Source: Felis catus (lineage: Eukaryota). Taken from it: a stretch of 64,000 bases of DNA. The DNA is taken from the NCBI RefSeq assembly GCF_018350175.1, contig NC_058368.1, positions 179,120,001 through 179,184,000 of the forward strand. Reading direction: 5' to 3'. This document shows, piece by piece, positions 44,600 through 58,410 of the stretch; positions within the stretch are counted from its first letter, which is position 1; every line of letters starts with the position of its first letter. A model generated the notes under the pieces. The model worked only from the letters and a program-made list of their open reading frames with translations. It was not told the origin of the DNA and did not search any database. A program made the translations under genes and the position numbers.

Positions 44600-47500
44600 A
44601 TGACTCTAAACCCATATCTTTCAAAAATAATATTGAATGTAAATGGCTAAATGCTTCAATCAAAAGACATAGGGTATCAGAATGGATAAAACAAAACAAA
44701 ACAGGACCTATCTATTTGCTGTCTACAAAAGATGTATTTTAGACCTGAGGACAGGTCTTTAGATTGAAAGTGAGGGGATGGAGAACCATCTCTGCTACTG
44801 GAAGTCAAAAGAAAGCTGAAATAGCCATACTTACATTAGACAAACTAGGTTTTAAACTACAGGCTGTAACAAGAGATTAAGAAGGGCATTATATAATAAT
44901 TATGGGGTCTACCCATCCAGAAGAGCTAACAATTATAAATGTTTATGCAGCAAATTCAGGAGCACCCAAATATATAAAACAATTAATTACAAACATAAGC
45001 AATCTTATTGGTAATAATGTGATAATTGCAGGGGATCTTAATACTCCATTTACAACAATGGACAGATCATCTAGACAGAAAATCAATACAGAAACAATGG
45101 CCCTGAATGATACATTGGACCAGATGGACTTGACAGATATAATCAGAACATTTCATCTTAAAGAAGCAGAATACACATTCTTCTCATGTGCACATGGAAC
45201 ATTCTTCAAGATAGATCACATACTGGATCACAAAACAGTCCTTAATAAATATAAAAGAATTGAGATCATACCATGCACACTTTCAGATCACAATGCTATG
45301 AAACTTGAAATCAACCACAGGAAAAAGTTTGGAAAACCTCCAAATGCATGGAGGTTAAAGAATATCCTACTAAAGAACGAATGGGTCAACCAGGCAATTA
45401 AAGAAGAAATTAAAATATATATATGGAAACAAATGAAAATGAAAACACGGCAATCCAAATGCTTTAGGATGTAGCAAAGGCAGTCCTAAGAAGAAAATAC
45501 ATTGCAATCCAGGCCTATCTCAAGAAACAAGAAAAATCCCAAATACAAAATCTAACAGCACACCTAAAGGAAATAGAAGCAGAACAACAAAGAAACCCCA
45601 AACCCAACAGAAGAAGACAAACAATAAAGATTGGAACATAAATAAACAATATAGGATCCAAACAACAACAACAAAAACAGTAGAACAATCAGTGAAACAA
45701 AGAGTTGGTTTTTTTGAGGGGCGCCTGGGTGTCTCAGTCGGTTAAGTGTCCAACTTCGGCTCAGGTCATGATCTCGCGGTCCGTGGGTTCGAGCTCCGCA
45801 TCGGGCTCTGTGCTGACGGCTCAGAGCCTGGAGCCTGTTTCAGATTCTGTGTCTCCCTCTTTCTCTGACCCTCCCCTGTTCATGCTCTGTCTCTCTCTAT
45901 CTCAAAAATAAAAAATAAAAAAATAAAAAAAAATTTAAAAAAAGAGTTGGTTTTTTGAGAAAATAAACAAAATTGATAAACTAGCCAGACTTTTCAAAAA
46001 GAAAAGAGAGAGGACCCAAACAGATAAAATCATGAATGCAAATGGATTTATCACAACCAATCCCTCAGAAATACAAGCAATTATCAGAGAATACTATGAA
46101 AAATTATATGCCAACAAACTGGACAACCTGAGAGAAATGGACTAATTCCTAGACACCCACACACTAAAAAACCTCAAACAGGAAGAAACTGAAAATTTGA
46201 ACAGACCCATTACTCGTGAAGAAATTGAATCAGTTATCAAAAATCTCCCAACAAATAAGAGTCCTGGACCAGATGGCTTCCCTGGGGAATTCTACCAATA
46301 TGTAAAGCTGTTCCAAAAAATAGTAATGGAAGGGAAACATCTGGACTCATTCTATGAAGCCAGCATTACCTTAATTCCCAAACCAGACAGAACCTCCACA
46401 AAAAAAGGAGAACTACAGGCCAATATCCCTGATGAACATGGACGCAAAATTTCTCAAGAATATACTAGCAAATCAAATTCAACAGCATATAAAAATAATT
46501 ATTCACCATGATCAAGTGGGATTCATTCCTGGGCTGCAGGACTGGTTCAATATTCACAAATCAATCAGTGTGATACATCACATTAATAAAAGAAAGGGTA
46601 AGAACCATATGATCCCGTCATATGCAGGATGCAGATGCAGAAAAAGCATTTGACAAAATACAGCATGCTTTCTTTATAAAAACCCTCAAGAAAGTTGGGA
46701 TAGAAGGAATAAACTTAAGCATCATAAAAGCCATGTATGAAAAGCCCACAGCTAATATCATCCTCAATGGAGAAAACTGAGAGCTTTCCCCCTGAGATCA
46801 AGAACACGACAGGGATGTGTACTCTCACCACTGTTGTTCAACATTCTGTTAGAAAGTCCTAGCATCAGCAATCAGACAACAAACTGAAATAAAAGGCATC
46901 AAAATTGGCAAAGAAGAATTCACTTTCACTTTTCGCAGACGACATGATACTCTACATGGAAAACCCGAAAGAATCCACCAAAAGACTCCTAGAGCTGACA
47001 CATGAATTCAGTAAAGTCACAGGGTACAAAAATCTATGTACAGAAATTGGTTGTGTTTTTATACACCAATAATGAAGCAACAGAAAGAGAAATAAAGAAA
47101 CTGATCCCATTCATGATTGCACCAAGAATCATAAGATACCTAGGAATAAACCAAACCAAAGATGTAAAAGATCTGTGTGATGAAAACTATAGACACCTTA
47201 TGAAGGAAATTGAAGAAGACACAAAGAAATGAAAAAAAAACATTCCATTCTCATGGATTGGAAGAATAAATATTGTTAAAATGTCAATACTACCCAAAGC
47301 AATCTACATATTCAATGCAATCCCAATCAAAATTGTACTGGCATTCTTCTTGAAGCTAGAAGAAACAATTCTACAATTTGTATGGAACCACAAAAGACCC
47401 CAAATAGCCAAAGTAATATTGAAGAAGAAAACCAAAGCAGGAGGCATCACAATCCCAGACTTTAGCCTCTACTACAAAGCTGTAATCATCAAGACAGTAT

Positions 47501-48667
47501 GGTATTTGCACAAAAACAGACACATAGACCAATGGAATAGAATAGAGAACCCATAATTGGACCCACAAATGTATGGCCAACTAATCTTTGACAAAGCAGG
47601 AAAGAGCACCCAATGGAAAGAAAAGACAGTCTCTTTAGCAAATGGTGCTGGGAGAACTAGACAGCAACATGCAGAAGAATGAAACTGGACCACTTTCTTA
47701 CAGCATACACATAAATTAAACTCAAAATGGATGAAAGACCTAAATGTGGCACAGGAAACTATCAAAACCCTAGAGGATAGAGCAGGAAAAAACCTCTTTG
47801 ACTTCAGCCACAGCAATTTCTTGCTCAACACATCTCCAAAGGCAAGGGAATTAGAAGCAAAAAGAACTATTGGGACCTCATCAAGATAAAAATCATCTGC
47901 ACCACAAAGGAAACAATCAATAAAACTAAAAGGCAACCTACAGAATGGGAAAAGATATTTGCAAATGACGTATCGGATAAAGGGCTAGTATCCAAAATCT
48001 ATAAAGAACTTATTAAACTCCACACCCGAAAAACAAATAATCCAGTGAAGAAATGGGCAAAAGACAAGAATAGACGTTTTTCCAAAGAAGACATCCACAT
48101 GGCCAACAGGCATATGAAAAGATGCTCAATGTCACTCATCATCAGGGAAATACAAATCAAAGCCACACTGAGATACCACCTCACACCAGTCAGAGTGGCT
48201 AAAATGAACAAATCAGGAAACCACAGATGCTGGCGAGGATGTGGAGAAACAGGAACCCTCTTGCACTGTTGGTGGGAATGCAAACTGGTGCAGTCACTCT
48301 GGGAAACGTGTGGAGGTTCCTCAAAAAATTAAAAATAGATCTATCCTATGACCCAGCAATAGCACTGCTAGGAATTTACCCAAGGGATACAGCTGTGCTG
48401 ATGCATAGGGGCATCTATACCCCAATGTTTATATCAGCACTTTCAACAACAGCCAAATAATGGAAAGAGCCTAAATGTCCACCAACTGATGAATGGATAA
48501 AGAAGATGTGGTTTATATATTCAATGGAATACTACTTGGCAATGAGAATGAGTGAAATCATGCCACTTGTAGCAATATGGATAGAACTGGAAGGTATTAT
48601 GCTGAGTGAAATAAGTCAGTCAGAGAAGGACAGATACCATATGTTTTCACTCATATGTGGAACTTGA
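44600..48667 (+). pseudogene. L1 ORF2p remnant (APE endonuclease + reverse transcriptase), disrupted
   Basis: EN motifs IIAGDLNTP, IDHIL and SDHNAMKLEI (ORF 44902..45474); [18 protein letters not shown] at 46932-46955; multiple frameshifts and a SINE insertion. Confidence 0.9.
45718..45940 (+). mobile_element. Young Can-SINE (SINEC_Fc type, CpGs retained) nested in L1 ORF2
   Basis: TSD aaagagttggttttttt(t)ga (45699-45717 / 45941-45958). Confidence 0.93.
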
Positions 48668-49018
48668 GAAACATCACAGAAGACCATGGGGGTGGAGGGG
48701 TGGGAGGGAAGAAATCATTACAAACAGAGAGGGAGGGAGGCAAACCACAAGAGACTCCTGAATACTGAGAACAAACTGGGTGGATGGGGGTGGGGGAGAG
48801 GGGAAAATGGGTGGTGAGCACTGAGGAGGGCACTTGTTGGGATGAGCACTGGGTGTTGTATGTAAGCCAGTTTGACAATAAATTATATTTTTTAAAAAAT
48901 AGGGAAAATGGCTAAATAAACCGTGACCTATAATGCAATTCCATGTGCATGGCTTAAAAAATAGGGTATAGTTTTAATATGTTTAATGATACAGCTCAGT
49001 GAGAAAAAATAAAGTATG

Positions 49019-49229
49019 GGGGCACCTGGGTGTCTCAGTTGGTTAAGTACCCAAGTCTTGATTTCATCTCAGGTCACGATCTCATCATGGTTTGTGGGTT
49101 CAAACTGACAGCATGGAGCCTGCTTGGGATTGTCTCCCACTCTCTCTATCCCTCCCCCGCGCCCTCTCTCTCTGTCCCCTGATCGTGCTCTTTCTTGCTC
49201 TTTCTCAAAATAAATAAACATTAAAAAGC
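49019..49229 (+). mobile_element. Can-SINE with an internal deletion
   Basis: SINE head, CT tract and tail; TSD taaagtatgg (49010-49019 / 49230-49239). Confidence 0.85.
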
Positions 49230-52200
49230 TAAAGTATGGAAAAATGCATATGATATGTTTACGCAAACAAGTAAGTCAAGCCAGATATATTACCTGGATA
49301 CATGCACATGAGTAAAAAGCAAACAGAGAAAGGACTGGACAAAAAGCAGCAAACTACCAATACTATTAACACGGACACCTGTGAGAAGTAGGACCTTGGG
49401 TGGAGGGGTCTAAGGAAACATGTGCCTTATCTTTGTTTTATAACATAATATATTATAATGTAATGTAATGTAACATAATGCAAACATAGCAGAAAATGTA
49501 TTCCTATGTTATCTATTCAACAACATTTTGAACATAGCTGTTGGGGGGGAATCTCAGATATACTGCTCATTACCCAGAGCTTGCTCATTAACTCTTTGAC
49601 TTCCAGGCCACAAGGTTTCCCTTGCTTGGTATTGATTTGTTGCAACAGCGTCTGCCATTCTGATTGGCATCAGTGATACTAGTAACAGCAAATGCACAGC
49701 ACTTGCGGTAAGCTCATGTATGTTGAATATTTTACATATGCTAATGCACTTAACGCTTACAATAACCTTATGAGGCATATATACTGTTAACATACCCATT
49801 TTACAGATGAAGAAAAGACCAAAGATATAGGGGCTAATTAATTTGCCCAAAGTCACATAGCTAGTTAAAAAGTAATATGGCATCCTGGTCTGACTCTTAA
49901 CCTCTATGGTATACTTTCTAAATAGGAGGTGCTTAGGCATGGTACTGGATTAGGGGACAAGGGTAGGTTTGCAGAGGCCTTGATGTGAGGCTGCTTTTGC
50001 ACTTGATGTTGAGATGGAGGGCCTCAGCTGTCTATACAAAGAGAGCTGGTGGAGACTCTGAGAAGGCCAACAGGAGTCCTGCTTAGGCACCACTACTGAG
50101 TTCCATATTCTGCAAGGGCAGCAAAGACAAGTGAAGGAGACGACGTTTTCATCTCTTATTTGAGAACTGGACTGAGAAGCACATCTCTCATCTCATCCAA
50201 ATGCAAACAGAAGGGAGCCAAGGTTCACCCATTTGTCCACATTCATTAGGAGATTAACTTCCAACTAGATATGACTCATAACGTTGCACAGCCATGCTGC
50301 CGAACAGGCGATGCTACGGGGGTATAAATGCTTTCAACTAATGCTGAGCAGAGACTCGCGTGACCTCAGAAAAGATGGAGCATAGCCAATACATAATTTA
50401 ATGCCAAGATCTCTCTAGTTCTTTCTCTTCAAAATTTATCAAAGTGGATTCGGTTCTAAAATGTATGAATAAAACATTCTCTGGGTCCAGCTATCTTGGG
50501 ATTTGGAGGAGTCATTTGAGGATTCCTCACTTCTTGGAGACCAGGAAGCTTGCCCATTACCAGTCTCGTGTGGAATTTTAGCAGCTTTAGTAGTCACAGG
50601 CCGGGCTGTCAGGATTCCCACAACCCAGGGTCAGGTGAAGGCTGTCTCCCAAATGAACAGCAGACCATTTGCTTTGGAGAAATGAGCATTTTAGCAGTTT
50701 CTTCTCAGAGGTAGCCCCACACTGCTCTCTTCTGTTCGAGAAAGTGATAAAATGAACTGAAAACAAAGGCAGGGGAAGAAGCTCCCACTGCATGCATTTT
50801 CCAAAAACAAAAAAATTTTAATCGTAATGAAAACAGAAGTGGCTCCTTATGTGGCTCCAGATCGTCTGGACAAATCCAAACTTCTTTACTTGGCACTTAG
50901 GCCCTCAAGTTTCCAGCCCCTGTCTGCCTTCCCCTCCATGCTCTCGTTCTCTGAGTTCCTCCCATTCTCTCTCTCTCTCTTTCTCCTTCTCAATTTTTGT
51001 CCTAATAATCCCCACTAGTTTTGTTACATTAGGGCAGATGCTAGCCACCTGCCTGTCTCCTCCCCGCCCCCAGCCCCCACCTTCTGGTCCATGCTTCCTG
51101 CTCTCATGAAATGCATGAATTCCTACTCAAGAGTCTGTTCACTTCTCTCTCTCCCATATTAATCCACAGTCCTTGGAGGCAACAGAATGCAGTAGTCAAG
51201 CACTTGAATTCTAAAGCCAACCTACTTGGTTCAAATTTCAGTCATCTGGGGAAAAATGACCTAATCACTCTTTGAGCCTCAGTTTCCTCATCTGAGAAAC
51301 AGAGACGATAATAGCACCTACCTACCTCATAGAGTTGTCATGGAACCTAACCGAGTTAATGCATGAAAAGTGCTTAAAACAGCGCCTGGCAGGTACTTAG
51401 CAAGTTATTGTTGGTTCTCACTGCTTGCTTTTTGTTGTCCATATAGTGGCTGTTTTTTGTAAATGTTTTTTGTAAATGCTAGGCCTCGAGGCCTAGCATG
51501 TGCTCAAAAAGTTTGATGTCTGAATGAAGGAACAAAGAAGAGAAACAGGCTGATTCTGGTCAGTCCTCCATCACTTAATTCCTGGCTCAACAGCCTGAGG
51601 ATGATGTACCTCACCACAGCTCCTGACACTCTGCCCAGAGGTCTGCCCTTTTGGCTTTCAGGAAGCCACCCACCCCATATCAGAGCTCTGACCTCCCAAG
51701 ACACCAGGCCAGTGTTAACTGAAGGTGTCCAAATCTCCCTCCCTGCCAGCTGAAGTCATCAGGAAAGGGAGGCAAGAATCATGGGCCACCCCCCAGCTCA
51801 GGGCCTCAGTCTCCAAGGATGCCTCTCACTTCCCCAAAGGGAACTGAAACTGAAAGCTCAGGGTTGGTTGAGGCAATGCTGCAGAGACACAACTGAAGGG
51901 GGCAGGCGCCCTCCTCCTCTTTCTCCTCTCACCAACATTCATGTATTCATCCAGCCATCATTCACTGAGTGCCTCCTGTGCACAGACCCTGTTCCCGCCA
52001 CAAGAGATGAATTAAATGGTCACTGTATTAGAGAGTGCCCATCACAGCAGGGGAGACAAGCCAGTAAAGAGGTGATTACTCTTGGGGTGCTAAGGGCCTA
52101 CAAGAGCACCTAACCCAGCCAGGGGTGGGTAGGGGACAATCAGAGAAGTCTTCCTATGGGTGGTGACCATTTCTTCCATCCTTGGCCCCTTTTCTTAGGA

Positions 52201-53846
52201 ACCCTGTGAAGAAACATCTGAAGGTCACAGATGCCATTATTGCAAAGCAGCAAAACTCCCTCACTTCTCACACTCTCAGCTGCGACTGTACTCAGCTAAA
52301 GATGTCACCGCACCAACGGTGGCAGCAGCTGTGTGGCAAACTCTTCCTGTCGCTCTGGGATGATGTGCATTATAAGCAGATTTGGACACGCTTGCCAGCT
52401 GCCAGCAGGGGAACCGGCAGAGGGACCATGCTTCTGGGATGGGAAGCAGGTGTAAGCTGGACCCACTGACTTTCCTAGTGCATATGGATCTTCTTCCTCA
52501 GTGCATATGACAAAAGCAAGAAAGCCTGGCTGCTAAGAAATTTTCTTCTTACTCCCATTGAATAGACTCTTTCTACTTCCCCCTCGGACGTAAGTCCCAG
52601 CCTTCTGACCCATTTCACAATCTAAACATGCCATGCTCTCTCACACACTACTGCCTTCCTTTTTTTTTTAGCCTACTTAACACTTCTTTATTTTTCAAAA
52701 TTCCCCTCAGGGTTACCTCCTTCAGGAAGCCTCCTTTGACTTCCTTCTCCATGGCGAGTTAAGAGTACTCTTGCTTGGTAAGCCATCAAACTTAACACAA
52801 TACATAACAATAGTTTACTTGTAGCTTCCTCCTAACCAGACTGGTCTCTTAGCAGACAGGAACTTTGACATCTACAGCCTCAACAGCTGGCAAGATATCA
52901 GGCCAATCATAAGCGTTCAATACATGTTTGTTGTTGGGATGAATAAACAAACGAGTAGGATTTGGAGGGCATCCAAATGCCGGGAGAGGGGGTGAAGATT
53001 TACAGTTCTCCAATGCTAACCAGGTACCATAGTGGAGAGGCCCATGGACTCTGGAGCCAGACTGCTTGGTTCTAAATTCTGGTTCTGCCATTACTAGCTA
53101 TGTAATTCTGGACAAATTACTTGACCTCTTTAAAAGCCTTCGTTTCTTCATCTGAAAAAAAAAAAAAAAAAGTGCGGATAATAAAACTGCATGCCCCGTA
53201 GGGCTGTTATAAGAATTAAATAAGACAATAAATGTAAAACACTTAGCATCAAGACTGGTGCATAACAACTCAGATTAAATGTTACTTTATAATATTATTA
53301 TCACTACTATTATTATCAGTGGGTTGTCCTGCCTCAAAAAATTGTTTCATGTTCTCCTTAACTTCAGAACATCTAAATTCCAACCCTGCTTCTTCCCTTT
53401 TGAGGAAACACTTTTGTGACTATGCATAGGAGTTAGCTGATGGCATGTGGGGTGGATAATTTAGGATGGGGGAAGGGACATTTAAATCTCACACTGGGAT
53501 TTAAGGGAGAGTTTTGTTAAGTGCAGGAATAAAATGACAACTAAGCCAAAAGTGAACCAGCATGACTGTGTTCCCCAGCCCCTCGGAAGTAGGTTAAATG
53601 AGTGTCCTAAATCTCTCAGCCCAGTAATAACCCCTGTAAAAGCAAGCCCTCCCTCCACTTGCATGTCCCCAGATCCCACCGGGGTGATAAGAAAGGCACA
53701 CAAGCATGGCGTTGGTAACAGCCTTCTCTCAAATAGAAAGTGGCAAACTTGTATCTAAAAATGAAACCAAGCTTCTCTGTAGGGAGACAGGAAAGAAGGG
53801 GGGTGGGTAAGAGAAAAGAGCATCTTTGCAGAGGAAAGAGAGGTTA

Positions 53847-53996
<150 letters not shown>

Positions 53997-54736
53997 CTAC
54001 GAGAAAAAACAATGCACAGTCACCTGCACCGAGGGTGTGTGTGGGTATCTATGTGGCAAACTGTGCCAAAGTCAGACATGTTCAGGGGCTATGACTTGAG
54101 CATCTCTCCTGGCCCCTACCCAGCTACAAAGGGGGATTAGGTGGTAGTCTCAGTCATCCACAAAGTTCCTCCCCCTGGGCCCCAGGGATTTCCAGAAATG
54201 AAACTAATAATCCCAATCACTTCTTGGTTAAAGAACGGGTGATTTCTGACTCTTATCAGAAAAGATACTTGTTGAGCAGCAATGCCATGAATATCTGCTG
54301 TAATGCAGGTCCCAGTGCTCAGGACATTTAAGGCTGGAAACTAGGGCCATTTTTCTGGTGATAGAGGCCTATTTCTAGGGCAGCAGTCCCCTAAGTGTGA
54401 CATGTGCACAACCTGTGAGACACAACAGCTTTTGGTGATAGAAAGACACAATGTTAAATAACATGGACGCATATGGTGATTTTCTTCCATTCTTCCTCCA
54501 TCCTTCTGTACAAAGGAAGGAGAAAGGTGCAGTTTCATGGTAATGTTGTCTTTAACACCTCTCTCACATTTGTCCATTTTTTTTTTTTTTTAACAAAGAG
54601 AGAGGTCTTCAGCTCAGAGCTTTTGACAGGTACTATAGCAAGCACTTAATAACATTGACTTGTTTTCATTGTATTTATTTGATAATGTTCTTCTAATTGT
54701 GCCAAGCACTTTTGGCTTTCCATTTGGGAAAGCATG

Positions 54737-54751
54737 TGTGATATAATAATA

Positions 54752-54819
<68 letters not shown>

Positions 54820-55626
54820 GTTCTTTGTCCCCAGTTCTCGGCACAGAGCACCTAAAGCCCTTGGAACATCCTGAGTGATAACAGCATTTTTTTTTTATTC
54901 ATAATGAGCTCCTTTTGACCATACCTAAGTTTATGCTAATGATGTGACTCCTGATGGTCCCCTAGACAGCTTCAGGATGGGGGCTGAATGTGAGAGGAAC
55001 CCACTATGTGATTAGAGAGTTGGAACTTTCAGCCATACCCCCCTCACTCTTCCCTTCAGGGAGGGGGTGGGGGGCTGGGGATGGAGCCTAATCACCAATG
55101 TCCAACGATTTCACAATCATGCCTATGTAATGAAACTTTGATTAAAACTCTCAATCAGTAAGGTTCCTGGCGCTTCCCAGATGAGCATGCTTCGTGCAGA
55201 GAAAGTGGCATGCCCAGAGAAGGCATGGAAGCTCTGTGCTTACCCACCCCATTCCTTTACCTGTATATATCTTCCTTTTGGCTTTTCTGCATTGTAGCCT
55301 TTATAGTAAAACAGTAACCATGAGTACAGCTCTTTCCAGAGCTCTGTGAGTTGTTCTAAGGAATTACGAGCCCCCACATAGAGGTGGAGAGGAATGATGG
55401 ACCCCTGAATTTGTATTAAGTTTGGACAGAAGTGTGGGTAGCCTGGGAACCTGGGACTTGCAACTGGCATCCTAAGCGAGGGCAACCTTGTAGGACTCAG
55501 TCCTTAAACCTATGGAATCTGAAACTGACTCTGGGTAGGCCGTGTTAGAACTGAATTGAATTATAAGGCATCCAGTCAGTGTTGGAGAATGGGAAGTTGT
55601 TGTTGGAAGGCATGGAAGGCTGCACA
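54737..55626 (+). mobile_element. MER21-type solo LTR (ERVL) containing a (TA)n expansion, inserted in an hAT relic
   Basis: tgtgata...tttgtccccagttctcggcacagagcacctaaagcccttggaa...cctagacagcttcaggatgggggctg...ttggaactttcagcc...gggacttgcaactggcatc matches recalled MER21 motifs. Confidence 0.75.
54760..54815. repeat. (TA)n microsatellite, about 28 units
   Basis: Read directly from the sequence. Confidence 0.95.
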
Positions 55627-56641
55627 ATTTATTAAGTAAGTTATTTTAGTTTACTAAAAAGGGAGCCAATTTAGGTATTAAGTAAATATCGTACAGGTGG
55701 TACATAGACACGGCAAGAATCATGAAGGTGATACTGAAATACCGGAAGTTTAAGGTTCTCTTTACTAGGGCAAAGGGCACAATGGACTTGATATTTAAAG
55801 ATTTTTTAAGGGGAAATGACAAGTTGCCACATTGCGTGTGTATGCTATGTTTAAAAGGGGGTAGTGGAGGTGAATGATTAACCGCTTTAGCTTCAAGTTA
55901 CTGTTCTCCCCCTAAACTTTCCTAACAACTTTTGGGAAACCTCTACAACTGGATGTGCCGATTACCATATAATACGAAGTATCCACACGGGAGTTGATAT
56001 TGATGACCATAAAAGTTAAGTCTACAAATAGCATGTGTACATACCAGCAAGTGAACACAGGGCTGTAACAAAGATGCGGTAAGCCCCGGTTGACGTTTTC
56101 ACTCTCAGCTTACTGGTTTTCTTAGCTAATTGCTTTCATTAGGAAGTTTAGAAGCATCAAAGGAGGATTTAAAATTAGATTTGCTTCAATAAAGGGAAAA
56201 CACATGTAAAATGCACTCTTTGTTTTTCCAGGGTCAAAACTTATTCAAAGATCTAAGGACAATAACCATTAGGTAATTAAAATATAAGACGGTATTTCTC
56301 AAGGTATTATCAGTAGACTACCAAATTAAAGTCCCCAGGGTTTATTAAAATGTAATAAAAAGTCCCATTAAAGGAAGCTTTATCTTTTAACAAAAACTTT
56401 TGCACTAGTTTTAAAGCCGAAGGATCACATCAGACCCCCGTTTATTATGGCTCAGTCACAAGCTTGCTGTGTGGCTTTGAGAAAGTTACCTAATCTCTCT
56501 GGGCCTCGATGTACTCTTACTGTTTGTTCTCTACTATGATGCCGAGGCCACCTTGGCCTGCCCTGCTCAAGGATGAATTCCAAATGTGAACCATACAAAG
56601 ACTGCAGTAAGCATCCCAGGGATCAGGGTTTTGAGTCTCAC

Positions 56642-56738
56642 CACGTAGAGCTGTTTCCAGATGCTGCCCCACTCCCAAAGTGTCGTTGTCACTTCTTGTG
56701 CCAGAGGAATTTCTGCAGGAATGATGTTCTCGATATTT
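56642..56738 (-). CDS. DOCK2: DOCK2 exon 5 (97 nt): [32 protein letters not shown]
   Basis: ttaaatag|AAATATC...TACGTG|gtgaga; lies within ORF-track ORF 56567..56881. Confidence 0.95.
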
Positions 56739-57232
56739 CTATTTAAGGTGGGAGACAGAACTCTGTGAAATTGAGACCCAGGTGCTAACAAGATAAAATG
56801 CTGGCAAATTTGCATTAAGCTGCAGCTGCTAAGAGGGCCCTTGTTGGCAAGAGACTGAACCGCCTCCAATAGCCACACCAATTACATTATGCAAATGCAA
56901 GGAGCTTCTTTTTTAATGTCCTCCTTCACTAGGGTGGGCCCTTCAAGCTCGTTTTATTCAGGCTTAATCTACTTTAATATAGTTCAAAGGCAGCTGCCAG
57001 TGAAAAGTTTGATTCTCCAACTTCCTAATACCCCCTCAGCATCAGGTCTGAACAGCAATCAACTTGGATTAGATCTCCCATTTCATGAGGAAAAGGAGAC
57101 ACACAAATAAACATGGGCACGAAGAAGAGGGATCAGCTGATTCACATCTGCCAAGTTAGGTTTTCAAAGCAGACGGGACAGAGGCATCTGGGAGCTGTGG
57201 GAGGGTCAAGTCTGGTGAAGAATGACAAATAC

Positions 57233-57288
57233 CTTCTTTTCTCCACTGTCACTTCCTTGATGTGGATAAAGGATTTAGGGAAAATGCC
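57233..57288 (-). CDS. DOCK2: DOCK2 exon 4 (56 nt): GIFPKSFIHIKEVTVEKR(R)
   Basis: cccaacag|GGCATT...AGAAG|gtattt; contains the SH3 C-terminal GIFP motif. Confidence 0.95.
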
Positions 57289-58369
57289 CTGTTGGGAATA
57301 AAATAAGATAAAGTAAAATAAAATGACATATCCTTACAGAAATGACCTGAGGCCTTTGTGGTTTTTCCCAAAAGCTATTGACTGGTAAAAACCCTCCAAC
57401 TTTAAAGGAATAATTCATTCTCTTAGGTCTAGTTCTTTCTAGCCAGTTCTCCACCAGTTGTTCTAGATCTCATAATAGCCCTAGAATCCCGAGGATGCTT
57501 CAGTCCTATTTTGGATAAGACAGGACAAAAAAAAAAAAAAAAGACTCGCTCTAAGAGAAACAAGGTGCTTTGTCTCTCCCCTCTCCTGCCCAATTTCAGG
57601 AAAGCAGTCACTCTTCACAGTCACAAATAGCTAGAAGGTCAGGTCCTAAAGCAACAGTGTCCTTGGTTGCATGTGGGCTATTTGATATAAGACCTATTTT
57701 TCCCTGGATTTATTTCATCGTTCTTTGGACGCAGAGTGGGATCATGCCTCCCAATACAGCAATGCCAGAGAGGAGGGAAGAAGTGTCTTATTTCCTTCCC
57801 CCATAAGCTTGTCTCAGTTAGCAAGAGAAGTTTATCAATTACTTGCAAATTCCTTCATAAATTAACCAGGGTGCCCGCTGGAGGCATCTGCGTCCACCCT
57901 AGACACGGTGAGCAATAAGACCAGTAAAATAGGTGCCCGCTATCATGGAGATGATGGTGTAACATGGGGTTGGAACAGGTGAACTCCCCAAAGGCAGAGA
58001 CTGGACTTGTCTCTGTGAGGGGAGGAAATGATGAATGCACCCAAACAACTCTAGAGAAAGGCAGCAGAAGATAAATTTCAAACAAAACATGTACAATTCC
58101 ATGGGGAGTCAAGGAAGGGGGAAATCATATGCAACTGGCCTATCAGAAAAAGTCAGAAGGAACAGAGAGCTGCGGAGGTTAGCCTTAAGTGGAAGGGAGC
58201 TGAGACACAGCAAGTGCCGAGGTGTAGAGGTGGAAAAGCGCAGGACACAAAGAAGGAGAGATGAGACAAATGTGCTGATGAGCTACAGAGGTTGGTAATT
58301 GCCCAAAGGGATTGCAGCATCACGTAAAGACATCCAGTATTGTTTCAAGTAAAAACGAATTGACCTTAC

Positions 58370-58410
58370 CTGTAACATTTTGTGCTTTAGGAGGTATCCC
58401 CTATACCAAT
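58370..58410 (-). CDS. DOCK2: DOCK2 exon 3 (41 nt), SH3 domain: (D)WYRGYLLKHKMLQ
   Basis: ctctttgcag|ATTGGTAT...TTACAG|gtaagg; peptide matches the DOCK2 SH3 domain. Confidence 0.93.

Larger units (their letters stand above)
41668..48900 (+). mobile_element. Full-length, inactivated feliform LINE-1 (5'UTR, ORF1, ORF2, 3'UTR), antisense to DOCK2 in intron 6
   Basis: GC/CpG-rich 5'UTR starting GAGGGAGGAGGGGCCAACATGGCG (YY1-like), ORF1 and ORF2 remnants, G-rich 3'UTR with AATAAA. TSD agggagaatggc (41656-41667) / agggaaaatggc (48901-48912). Confidence 0.94.

Noticed and set aside
44902..45474. 190-aa endonuclease ORF and nearby RT-like ORFs as a novel nuclease/RT system
   Set aside because: These are ordinary fragments of L1 ORF2p (APE endonuclease and RT) in a frameshifted, SINE-interrupted element.
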